Source of the DNA: Phoronis australis
Lineage: Eukaryota; Animalia; Phoronida
NCBI GenBank assembly: GCA_002633005.1
Contig: NMRA01000085.1
Span: 475,464 to 539,463 of the forward strand
Length of the DNA stretch: 64,000 bases
Direction of reading: 5' to 3'
Part shown: positions 54,601-64,000 of the stretch, one piece after another
How positions within the stretch are numbered: position 1 is the stretch's first letter
Layout: the number at the start of each line of letters is the position of its first letter
Translations under genes and position numbers: made by a program
Notes under the pieces: model-generated
The model's database searches: none
Seen by the model: only the letters and a program-made list of their open reading frames with translations
Told to the model about the DNA's origin: nothing

Positions 54601-57600
54601 CTAGGTCTTGCTTCTAGAACTGACTCCACTCGGTATTTGCACCCTCTGTTACGTACGAAAATACTGCGTAATTCATTTCCCCCAAACTCTACCGAGAGGG
54701 AGTCGACTAAATCTACCAACACATTGTGCGGATACTCGATATTTTTGTCTTGTAACGGAGGGGACAAGTGTTGTGGAATCGCCCAAATGTGATACCTGTC
54801 TTTGCTATTTCATTTGTTGCGCCTTGTACTCTTTACTTTCATGTAATCTCATCGTGTAGTGTCGTAGACGTCAGTCACACTATCATGTCGCTGTTACACT
54901 CATTTACGTGTACACTTGCGCTAAGTAGATAATCTGGTCAAAGCTACAACCCTCCCTGTCTACTTAGCTACGCTACTTTGTAACGTACGTGACTTTACTG
55001 TACTACAGTGTAATATTGCGCTCTTCAATAAGCGGGCTCAGGTCTCCCGGCAAAGTTGTAGGTCACTATGTCGCGCACTAACAAAATTTATTTTACTCGT
55101 TGTGCTCTCACAGTTGTTTTCATACTATCTAAATCTCATTCTAGTCATCTGCACTGACTTAGAGGTAAATAATGGTGAGGTGCAGTACAACGCCTATCCC
55201 GGATATCCAGTCTCCGTTGCTGTCGAAGGACATGTTGTTACCGTACGTTGTAATCCAGGAGGGACCAGAACAGCTACGTGCCAGTCGGACGGCACGTGGT
55301 CTCCACGACCTCGCTGTGCAGGTCAGCAGTGCAGCTGAAGCTAAATGTACAGCGATTGTTGTGTCCACTGTGAAGTGTGCCTGTTGCGGCAGATCTGCTA
55401 CTTGAATAATGCAAAACAATAAAATTTTATTGCCGTAAAAACCTAAGTGGCTAGCGATGGGGATGCGTTACAAAACCTCGCCAACAACGCTTATCAGGCG
55501 ACAACCTATATCGATGGCATCAACTCATGTCGTAACGACGTATGCAGAGTGACTAGCTCTTTGACAGCATTCGTGACGTAACCTGTGCTTCCGTATTCCA
55601 CAGGTGGGTGTGATGCTCCCACTATCGCTAACAGCAGGCCATCACGTGGTTACCCGTTTTCTCCTGGCGACGTGGCTGAAGTGCTTTGTGTTGAAGGATC
55701 CTTCCTTTCCGGCTCTCCGTTGATTACATGCCAAGAGGACGGCAGCTGGTCTCCCCAACTACCAGCATGTATAGGTAATACAACTATACACCCATCAAGG
55801 GTTTCAGAAACAGAACATTGTCTAACTTATGTTACTTCCAAGAGTAATCGAATAGTTTGGTGTCTAATACATTCAGAATTGATGATCAAGACTGATCGCT
55901 TTGCAGGCCGGTGCAGACGTCCCGCAATTCGAAACGCTGTGTTAAGCAGCACGACATACTTCTTTGAAGTTGGTGAAGGGGTTGAGGTCAGGTGCAAGTT
56001 AGGGTACGTTCTTGTAGGCAGCTCAACTATAACTTGTGGACCACGCGGGACCTGGACATCTGCACTACCATCGTGTAAGAGTAAGTCCGGTCGTTCTCGG
56101 AATGCGGTAGCTAGCCCTGATGCCCATACATGTATGTTTGTTCTGATAGCTGCTGGTGTAGTCCCCTGTTGATCCTGTGCAGTGATGCGACATTTACTTA
56201 AAGTGCGTAAGTGTACCCGTCATTTGCTCGTAATTTACAAGAAATTGAGAACACAAACATAATCCATATGTTTATGTTTTCAGTTGGAAATTTCTGTTAA
56301 CTTGGTATCTTATTATTGGATTTTGTTTGATGGCAAGGTAATATGGTTTTCAAAATACGAATAAAAAAGTCTCAAAATGATAGACTTAGCAATTTGGATA
56401 AACTGTTTCAGAAACATGAAATGTTAAAAGGTGTGTTTAAGGCGCTTTTCAGTGGAAAGAATAGGTTTTGCATGTCATCTATGGTTAAAGTTCGATTTTC
56501 TGACTATCCTAAATAAATGTTCAAGTTAAACTGATGTTAAATTCCCTGGGCTCTCAGGCTTCACTTCGGAAGGGCCAATGGCGATCCGAATCATTCCCCG
56601 CTAGTTTTCTTTGCATACGCTTGTGACTGTGTTTGACATAGATGGAGTCATTGTGTACGTAAGCTTGTAGCAATTTAGAATATTATTTGCCTTTCTCTGA
56701 GTTTTTTCATTAATGGTATGGCAGAGCTCTCGAAGAGTGTAGGAGTTCCATTTCACCGATTCCCAGTGGTTGGAAAAATCAGATCTACACGACGAATTGT
56801 CTCACAAACGAAGTTGACGGGAAACGGTTCGGGCCATGAATGTCACTTCCGGGATGTCCTACTTACATGTGTACAGATGTTAAAAACAAAACAACATTTC
56901 CACCCAATTCCCTGAAACAAAACAATGCCCTCTAACCCTCGACAACCCCTAAAAGTTTGGGTGGAATTTTGATAACTTCTTTCGAAGTCTGTAAAACGGG
57001 CAAGCCTGTAGAACCATAATACCTAATCTGTTTTTAGTTAATTTCTGCTTTCATCATTCAACATGGGCACCGAAGATGCATTAGCAGGTGACACGGCTAA
57101 GTATGGTTGAAATCGTCAAATCAAGGTTTAGTATCCTTTTGAATAAGAGCGATAATTTAAAATGCATGAAAAGAATCTTACGGTTAACTCTTTAACCGGT
57201 TGAGATTGGGTAACTTGACCGGTTTACGTACCTCAGAATCTGCCGGTTTAGATCAAAGATGCCTTGCTGATGTCGGTAATCAAATCGCCCCAGGCTGCTG
57301 ATGTTATTGTTCTCTCGATAATGAGGTCCGTCGTTAACACATTGGGAGCGAAAATAATAATTTGATATTTTCGATTTGGAAGTTTGAAAATGACATATTT
57401 GAACAGTTCGTGAAAAGCACACGTGATCAGGTCGTTCAATTTTGAAAATTACACAAGAAATGTGACTTCAACAACCTAAAGCATTTATTTAATGTTGCAA
57501 TCCTACGCTCCTCATTAATCCTGCTGGATGTGCAACATAATTGGGCCAATTACCAAACCAAGAGGCAGCAGTTGGATTTTGAGGTAAGCCAAGTGTCATC

Positions 57601-60600
57601 GTATAATTCGTGACTTGTGCGACGAACCTCCTAAACTTATCTAGGGTAACTAGAAATCGTAATTTGTCTAAACATTGGTTGCCTGACGCTTTAAAATCTG
57701 TTATTAAAGGGACTATACGCCCATCTTCCGTCCAAGAGTCGAATTTCCGAGGTCTAATCTTGTATCTTACTCAGCTGACAAGTGATTTATGGGTTTGCTA
57801 AGAACTGACAGTTCGTTATTCATCGAGATCATGCATGCTCGACTCAACATGACACGCTGTGACAAGTCAGCGGTGTAGAGTGTCTGTTCTTTCAAAGCCA
57901 TGATATCATCCCCAATTTGGCCAAGGAATTATCATTTTGTTAACGGTCTAAATTGAAATTTAACTAGTGTACGATGTATAACTGGTCTTTATTGATGTAC
58001 GCTCGTTAATTGAGCTGTGTACACAAGTCTGACATTTGTGCATCAATCATCTGAAAGCGATTTTGGGATTATCTCTTCAAGGTGCCTCAGTTTATTTTCA
58101 CGTACGTGTAAACGCTTACGTATGCAGCGCGTTGCTTGACGTGTGTGTTCCTGATAGAGCACGTGTAAGCCTATGTGAACACGTTCTGCAGTTCTGTTGT
58201 GAATTAGCGCTTCCCCTTTACAGATACATGTAAAGAAGTCAAGGTTAATAAAGGCAAACTTGTGGACGAAAACGGTGCACCTGTTGACAATGCCGTGGCT
58301 GGCCAAGTCGCTTATGTTTCCTGCCATGGAGGTCATGAAGCCGTCCCAGTTGACCGGACGACTTGCCTCGAAAACGGGCAGTGGACTGTGGTCCCGTCCT
58401 GTCACGGTAAATTTTTGAAGTCCAGGAACTCATCCGAGGTTTCGTGATGCTTGTTTTTGTGAGATGAAGAAAGACGAAACTTGTTGTCCAAATGATTTTG
58501 TGGCGGCAAATGTGAATCCAAAGGAAATGAGATTACTCACGAGCCTGAGACTTTAGTACCGCGTGGGTCATATTTTCTATGGCTCTCCCCACTTTCGTGA
58601 ATCTCTGTGCTACACGTCTGATGACTCTGTTTGTGGTTTTATACTCAGGCAGAGTGAGCCTTCAATTGCAACTTGTAAATTGGGTGTTATTACCGCTGAA
58701 ATGTAGCGTTTGAAACGCTTGGTGTGGTCATCCACGTACACTGTAGTCGGTGCAGAGTGTGTGGGCCTCAAATCAACTACGTTCACTTGCAGTTTATAAT
58801 TGAAGGAGCGCCGTCCTGCTGAGGACTCGATCGCTACGTACACTTGTTGGGACCAACACCTTATAAACGCCGTCGTCACGACGACTTGGGAGCCTTCCTG
58901 GGCGATTTCCTTCGAAAACCTTGCTTGCCCTATTTCTTACGCCATAACGCTCCTTTCAAAATATCATTCATTACTAAAACAGTGGATTTTAACGAAGTAC
59001 GCAAAAGTCGTTCTGTTTTCAGTAAAGTTAACATAGCCTTCCGATGCTTATTGCACTAGGTACGTAGGAAGTGCAGTGGAACTTGTACGTCGCTTTCTCA
59101 GAGGTCCATCTCAGTAGTCGGTTTCAATTAAAACTTTGGACAAGAGAATGTTTTTGTCGACATTTAAGTTCTATATTCTTTGCAAATTCACTTTTGAATA
59201 TATGCACGCTTTTTCAGAAATCCGTTGCTGGCAACCGCCTATAACTAACTCAGTCCTGGCTGGCTCCACACCGAAAACATACGTGTTCGGCCGAACTGTC
59301 CAAGTGAATTGTCTTCCAGGCTACGTCCTTATCGGGCCCAAACACATAATTTGCACAGTGACAGGAAACTGGACAAAACTGCCCACTTGTCAAGGTGCAA
59401 TTATTTCACACCTACATGAACGATGGGAATCTAATACAGAAGGTTTATCCAAAGTATTTTAAGTGTGGTCTGCACGCCACCTGATGGTCACATTTCATGA
59501 CCTAATGAACTAAGTCTGAAAAGATTGCTGCCTCGACTGGGACTCAAACCCTTGACCTTCTGCTGAGCGTACATATCCTCTAGTCCCCTGAGCCATCGGG
59601 ACTACTGGTCGAATGCAGAAATCCAATCAGACTTAGCATAAACTCATGAGTGTGTATGAATGTGCAAATCTTGAACCAGCCTGGGAACATCTATCACAAA
59701 TATTTTTAAATCTAGTCAATAGGTGGCGAGTAGGCCAGACTCGAAATTGTTTGCAATCTATATTTCCACGTCAGTTCAAGATTTACACGTTCATACGCGA
59801 AGGATTTAGTTACAAGAATCTTGCAAAGTTTTGTCTTTGAAGCTGTGATGCGCATGCATCCTACAAACTGAGAAATCCTATTATTAAATTTCTTTAAGTT
59901 GCAAGGGTTCGCTTGACCTTAATTGTGCATTTTGAACAGCATCAGCTGAGTCCAAAAAGCATAGTTGGCCCTGGTATCTGTTGTTAATTTGAAATTCACC
60001 TGTTCCTTTTTCAAAAAAGAAAATCCACCGGAAACGAGAAAAAATGTCGCGGGATTTGTTACACATTGCTGGCAAATCATGGCGTTTCAAACTCTGCTTA
60101 CCTTTCATTGCGTGTTTGTCTGCACCTTTTCAAAAAAGAGGAAAAATAAATTTATACGGACAGACGTTTTTAGTCGGTGTACGCTGGTCTCCAAATGAGT
60201 CCAGGATAAGACTTTTGCTTTAATTGGCCCAGCGACCTGAAGGCTGTGAACTGTGGTGGTCGGATGGAGCGTCATGGCTGTGGAGAACTGATGGCTACCG
60301 GACAAGGAAGGAAATGAAAATCTATCATGAAACTTGAAAAAATGTGGTCGTGAAGCGTGAAGTCCATAATTTCACACGCATAAAGCGGCGCATCCCAATA
60401 CACCCCCTCTAAACTGTGTTACACTCATTGTTACAGTTCAGGGTCCAAAGGAGAATGGGCATAATTCATCAAACACAAATAGTTCATCCTCTGGAACTTC
60501 AGGTGAGTAGATGTCTCCCACCGCTGTGTGACCTGCTACCATTGAATGTTTAGAACGTGTCTTCCACACATATTTAACTGAGTGATAAATGTATTTGATT

Positions 60601-63600
60601 TAAAGCGGCTTGGTCAACAAAGTCAAACAAATACCAATCTAGGCGTGTCGAACTTTATATATTTCAGAGCATCGCCTGTGTTGAAGAAGCTTTGCCATCT
60701 AATAAAGTTGCTAGACTCGAGTTTGGCGAATGAGAAGGTTAAAATTCAGATAAAACCAAATTGTTGTACGCTGTACGTGCACACAAGTCCCGTATTTGAT
60801 TGTAGTATCAAAGAAATCCATTTGTCATTGCATTATCTAATGCATGTAAGGATAGCGGAAAATTTTAGTCGGGATTCCCAGAAACACTGTTAATCAAATA
60901 CCAATGAGCTAAACTTTTAACTCTCGCTGAATTCTGGGTAATTGCTGTGGAATTGAAAATCGAACTTTGCGCAAAGATTTTATAGTTACCTAAGTTGGGA
61001 TATAGTATCTTTGCTTTGCGGAAGACGTTGAACGTGAGAACAAGCACCGAATCCGCCAAACTTTTACTGCACCGCTAAGTTCATCAATTGAAACTAACGA
61101 GTTACTGATATTTATGATCGATCGTTGGAAATTCGACGAAAGCATTCAATTTCCGCCTCTTTTTGACCATTATGGGGAATACAGCCACCCGTTCAGTAAC
61201 GCTAGGACTTTTTCGCGAGATTACGTGAGATATTGCCGTGTATTTTAAATGAGATCACGTGACTTTGGCTAGATTTAAGTCCTAGCGTAGGTCCTAGCGT
61301 TACTGAACGCACGCCAGGTCACGTAACATTCTCAGTGGCATATTTATTAGCCTTGATGGTAAGACAGCCAAATTTTTTCAATGTTTCTTGTCGATTAAAA
61401 ATATACGTATTTATTGTAAACTTTCAAAACTTTGTGAAAACTCGTATTTAATTTCATTTCCAAAACGACAAAACGAATAAAAAAACAAAAATAAGCTTGC
61501 AGCAAGTGTAAATCGGCTTGCAAATGAATAATTACGTAGTATTGCTCATTTCGTTGTCCTTGTTTTACGTCATGCTGGAGATGTTATTTTGTCAGAGAAA
61601 AAACCTGAACTACACTGCGTACATACACTGTATATGAATAATACAGATAATGTCTTTGAATGGTGTTAAGAAATGGAGACTAATTGTGCATCGTGATAAA
61701 ACGAGATCAGAGTAAAAATTAAGGAACTTTTTAATTTCAAATTTCGGTTGTGTAGTCAGACGTTCTAGATTGCTGATGTAGGTACATCCATTTAAAAATT
61801 GTGCTTGACGAGTTTCGTAAATACATAAATGACAAGACATCAGACGTAGGTGAGAATATGCGGGAATCTTTGTAGTAAATTAAAGTTTAATTATACGTTT
61901 TAGTATGATATAATGCGTGAGAAGCCCTCTTAATGATTAGTGTTCCAAGATTTGAGAGCTGGAAATCTACCGGCGTTAGAGTCTTGGCAAAAACGTGCTG
62001 TAAGATTTTATTTAGGCTTGCGTTGGTTGAAATGGAAAAGTAATTGTTGACATGGTTGGGAATTGTTTGATCTTGAAAGAAAGTTTGAGGAGATTTTGCG
62101 CCTTAAAATTGGAAAAGACCCATTTGACAACAAGACACTCCTGAATGGTTTGAATCGGTCGTCAGATATGGAAAACTTTCCAACATTATTGATCTAAACA
62201 GATTTTTTAACATTCAGCTGCTTTTTGGTCTAAAATTAGTAAAACGGAGGTTACACGTTGATGCACACATTCCTGGCAGCAAACCTATTTACACAAATCA
62301 ATACAAATACGGAATAGATAATTGGTAGAACCTGGCATATTATTAACTGGTTACTCCGTTTTTAAGGAGGCAGTGGAGTATCCGTGTATCTGTTATATTC
62401 ACGGCGTTTGTACCTTTATAGTGACTGCATAGAACTTGGTTCGATTGTGTGAAATTACATTATTGGAATAGATGTTAATGTATATTGTGCAACACGTCAC
62501 TGAGACACATTTGTTCATCCATCTTTAAACGTTATGTAATGTATGATAATACGATGAATGTTTTCAGTCATCCAGTTGGGCCATAGTATAAGAATCAATA
62601 AATCTATTACTGGACTTACGGTACATGTACGTGGAGATGGCTACGTTGCGTCCTCCTCTCGAGGACTTCATTAGGCCACTGAGTTGTCACGTGACTTGTC
62701 ATGTGATCTGTCGTACAGTTTTCGCGGGATTCTCTTCAGCACCCTATCCCATGTCCTACATGTAGGTACATGTAAGTGAAACCGAAACCAGCATCGGAGA
62801 TCCAGTTATGGGGACTGCTATGATTCTGCAGTTTTTAGTCACATGGCTTCCACAGACCACTCTTTCAACATGGAAGATGTGAAGATCCTGGATAGAGAAG
62901 AAAATTGGTTTCGGAGAGGGGTCGAAGAAGCTATCTACGAGAATTGAGAATCCTAGCCTCAGTAGACAGGGGGGGGCTGCGGTTTCACTTACCTAGGACA
63001 TGGGATAGGGCGTTGAAGAGAATCCCGCGGAAACTGTACGACAGTTCACATGACAAGTCATGTGACAACTCAGTGGCCTGATGAAGTCCTCGAGAGGAGG
63101 ACGCAACGTAGCCATCTCCACGTACCGTAAGTCCAGTAATAGATTTATCGATTCTTGTATCATGTAATGTATGCTTAGCATCCATGTGTTTAGCGATCGT
63201 TCGCTTTTTCAGCTGTCCACAATAACACACCTTCTGATGTCGTCTGGATTATCCCGCTCGTGGTTCTCCTGTTTCTACTGCTCTGTGTAGCTGTCATCGG
63301 CTACTTCAAGTACGATACAGTTCGCGGTATCCCCTTTTCCGGGAGACGACCTATAAAAGAAAACCACGACGTGCTGCGACATAAGTTGGCTGAGGCCGTC
63401 AGGGTCGGCACGTGCATGGAACCGGCCTTGGACGAGTACAAAAAGTTCTGCATGCAACATTTTTTGTTCGTCCGCATGGACTTAGACCTTTGCAAGACGG
63501 CCAACAAAGCGATAGAAGAGTTGAAAGAAAAAGAGAGAAACAGCAACGCCTTGCTCATGTCTTTGGACCGCATAACATTTCGTAGCTCACATTCTAGGAG

Positions 63601-64000
63601 AGAACACGGCGTCCACGTAACGACTAGCGCAAGTAAAAGTGCCTTGCTCCAGACTCTTAGCATTCCGGACGCCCCTGCTGTTTCGACAGACAATGAGCGT
63701 AGGTCTTCTACTTACTTAAATTCTAAGGCTTTTGAACTAAAAGTAAATCTCGCGGAGGCATTACAGTCGTGGAGCTACACAGCCATTAAGAAAGCGTTAT
63801 CGACCTATTACGGATTCTGCAGCTGGAACAGCGAGTATGTCTGCGCAGATGAAGAGTTAGTGAACAGGGCCAAAAATGTATTGCATATGAATCAGATGGA
63901 AACCAATTTGAGAATGGCTATCCAAACGGGCGATCCTGACGCCATCTCGTCAGCATTAACTGGCTACGAAACTCTTGGAGGCCATGATTCGTTTCGTCAA
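39545..64000 (+). CDS. Gene C (spliced model, 3' incomplete): signal peptide + 2-Cys + D8C/D10C-like + linker + 6 sushi + Ser/Thr stalk + TM + helical-repeat tail, at least 856 aa
   Basis: join(39545..39602,44285..44371,47684..47854,48379..48483,51752..51919,52611..52673,53071..53250,55145..55321,55604..55774,55907..56080,58224..58406,59218..59394,60437..60502,63213..>64000). All junctions GT-AG, phase 1; frame open to the window end. Confidence 0.85.
42870..43165 (-). mobile_element. Degenerate THAP-domain transposon remnant (ISL2EU/Harbinger-like)
   Basis: Minus strand reads [27 protein letters not shown] (THAP C-terminal motif) and, after a frameshift, TDHSY (HCF-1-binding-like DHxY). No intact ORF; family assignment tentative. 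Confidence 0.55.
44285..44371 (+). CDS. Gene C 2-Cys exon YDPCNFLHDQITGFSTYNTVCQDEADDG
   Basis: atttcag| ... T|gtgagt; 87 nt; paralogue of 24630-24716. Confidence 0.8.
46044..46815 (+). pseudogene. Kolobok transposase 5' remnant (THAP domain + KFIV..LELF..C..C..C..GH...W)
   Basis: MPHCCCVPGCTN..GVSLHRFPMDDTLRRTWL..(frameshift)..VCGKHF..LKKVAIPSV; stops at 46495 and 46686; truncated before the DDE core. Confidence 0.8.
46825..47131 (-). pseudogene. KolX-like (P2X7 C-terminal Cys-rich-like) 5' remnant
   Basis: GYMFEPEY..RRGDTSWCKYTVCVVMPTSMECLCCSEF fits the WCxCxxCxxMxTxxExxCCxE motif with one Cys lost. Confidence 0.78.
47684..47854 (+). CDS. Gene C D8C/D10C-like exon 1
   Basis: QGKFCDQYLVLGHHNPPLIKVIHHGNPKWTTRSTFNQNPRNGEPQKLYKSDQNLPR; 171 nt, phase 1-1. 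Confidence 0.85.
48379..48483 (+). CDS. Gene C D8C/D10C-like exon 2
   Basis: tttttcag| WYIFMKPGSQVQSLNMPTENPVTGCGTRHPAWMD |gtaggg; 105 nt. Confidence 0.9.
48724..49893. mobile_element. Non-autonomous TIR element with 29-bp TIRs CAAAGGGTTCTTAAACGAGTACCTTTCTG
   Basis: Perfect inverted ends at 48724-48752 and 49865-49893; subterminal ACGCG/TTAATTAA repeats. Not seen at the equivalent gene B intron position (~29710-29750 aligns with ~48680-48715). No TSD identified. Confidence 0.75.
49136..51713 (+). repeat. ~1.13-kb near-identical direct duplication (49136-50268 and 50575-51713) with an N at 50574
   Basis: The copies differ only by scattered substitutions and small indels; the second starts exactly at the single ambiguous base. 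Confidence 0.92.
51752..51919 (+). CDS. Gene C D8C/D10C-like exon 3
   Basis: TIPLPAEHIVSRYVCINNLRPCSSKYNISVRNCGDGITAYLLTPLTHDRLSAYCF; tttcag / gtaag; 168 nt. Confidence 0.9.
52071..52230. mobile_element. Short hAT-type MITE (CAGGGGCGGATCCAGG ... ATCCACCGACTG)
   Basis: Imperfect TIRs with internal G and C tracts typical of this MITE class. Confidence 0.5.
52611..52673 (+). CDS. Gene C 2-Cys linker mini-exon QYRPCQGNSSSSTGFDPGCR
   Basis: tctcgcacag| ... T|gtgagt; 63 nt. Confidence 0.85.
53071..53250 (+). CDS. Gene C sushi/CCP exon 1
   Basis: TCGEPQVINGRV..FLEGNLVTVDCYRGF..MACSNSEWTPSSVNCK; 180 nt. Confidence 0.9.
55145..55321 (+). CDS. Gene C sushi/CCP exon 2
   Basis: ICTDLEVNNGEV..EGHVVTVRCNPGGTRTATCQSDGTWSPRPRCA; 177 nt, phase 1-1. 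Confidence 0.88.
55604..55774 (+). CDS. Gene C sushi/CCP exon 3
   Basis: GCDAPTIANS..FSPGDVAEVLCVEGSFLSGSPLITCQEDGSWSPQLPACI; 171 nt. Confidence 0.92.
55907..56080 (+). CDS. Gene C sushi/CCP exon 4
   Basis: RCRRPAIRNA..FEVGEGVEVRCKLGYVLVGSSTITCGPRGTWTSALPSCK |gtaagt; 174 nt. Confidence 0.92.
58224..58406 (+). CDS. Gene C sushi/CCP exon 5
   Basis: TCKEVKVNKGKL..AGQVAYVSCHGGHEAVPVDRTTCLENGQWTVVPSCH; 183 nt. Confidence 0.88.
59218..59394 (+). CDS. Gene C sushi/CCP exon 6
   Basis: IRCWQPPITNS..YVFGRTVQVNCLPGYVLIGPKHIICTVTGNWTKLPTCQ; 177 nt. Confidence 0.9.
59528..59600 (-). mobile_element. tRNA-derived SINE-like head
   Basis: Minus strand A-box-like TGGCTCAGGGG and B-box-like GGTTTGAGTCC; degenerate. 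Confidence 0.35.
60437..60502 (+). CDS. Gene C Ser/Thr/Asn-rich stalk mini-exon QGPKENGHNSSNTNSSSSGTS
   Basis: gttacag| ... G|gtgagt; 66 nt, phase 1-1; lies between the last CCP and the TM exon; two N-S-S sequons. Confidence 0.7.
62582..63164 (+). mobile_element. 5'-truncated Penelope-like retroelement: GIY-YIG endonuclease C-terminus + pseudo-LTR, preceded by an inverted pseudo-LTR copy
   Basis: ~62790-63080 reads QHRRSS..DSAVFSHMASTDHSFNMEDVKILDREENWFRRGVEEAIYE/IENPSLSRQGGLRFHLPRTWD with one frameshift. 62582-62784 is the reverse complement of 62980-63164. Confidence 0.85.
63074..63114 (+). ncRNA. Minimal type I hammerhead-like motif with core variant GCAA; inverted copy at 62638-62678
   Basis: TGGC-CTGATGA-A-GTCCTC(GAGAG)GAGGAC-GCAA-CG-TA-GCCA: stem I, core, stem II, palindromic stem III and a UA site, at the position expected in a Penelope pseudo-LTR. 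Confidence 0.65.
63213..64000 (+). CDS. Gene C TM/tail exon (runs off the window)
   Basis: ctttttcag| VHNNTPSDVVWIIPLVVLLFLLLCVAVIGYFKY..LRHKLAEAVRVGTCMEPALDEYKKFC..LKVNLAEALQSWSYTAIKKALSTYYGFC..ADEELVNRAKNVL..METNLRMAIQTGDPDAISSALTGY. No stop before 64000, so it is absent from the ORF track. Confidence 0.9.

Noticed and set aside
56718-56800. VGVPFHRFP, a THAP-like fragment
   Set aside because: Too short; no flanking Cys/His ligands or element ends identified.
1-64000. CRISPR arrays, rRNA genes or prokaryotic operons
   Set aside because: No regularly spaced repeat-spacer array or rRNA-like sequence; spliceosomal exon-intron structure shows the DNA is eukaryotic.

Overview
AT-rich, intron-rich animal DNA, probably from a marine invertebrate (species not determinable). 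All gene models were built by hand from GT-AG signals, reading frame and paralogue alignment; there is no expression evidence. The + strand carries a tandem cluster of three related type I membrane receptor genes. Gene A (11102-19668, 4 coding exons, 986 aa) is signal peptide, 2 sushi/CCP domains, TM and a ~800-aa tail. Gene B (23663-35164, 8 exons, 411 aa) is signal peptide, 2-Cys exon, uromodulin/GP2-type D8C/D10C domain, 2-Cys linker, 1 CCP, TM and a short tail. Gene C (39545 to beyond 64000, at least 14 exons) has the same N-terminus as B, then 6 CCP, a Ser/Thr stalk, TM and a long tail. All internal exons are phase 1-1. The three tails share a ~50-aa helical repeat that I do not recognise, and the gene A tail also contains a domain resembling the dynein microtubule-binding domain. 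The D10C-like domain in B and C has lost four cysteines, apparently as two complete disulfide pairs. On the - strand, 1-9.7 kb holds heavily decayed LRR and TIR (TLR-like) remnants, head-to-head with the cluster. The introns contain an internally deleted Kolobok transposon, a 1.4-kb foldback element with tRNA-like arms, a Penelope-like fragment with inverted hammerhead-like repeats, MITEs, and a 1.1-kb duplication at an N that is probably an assembly artefact. Aligned repeat copies differ repeatedly by TA versus TACATGTA.
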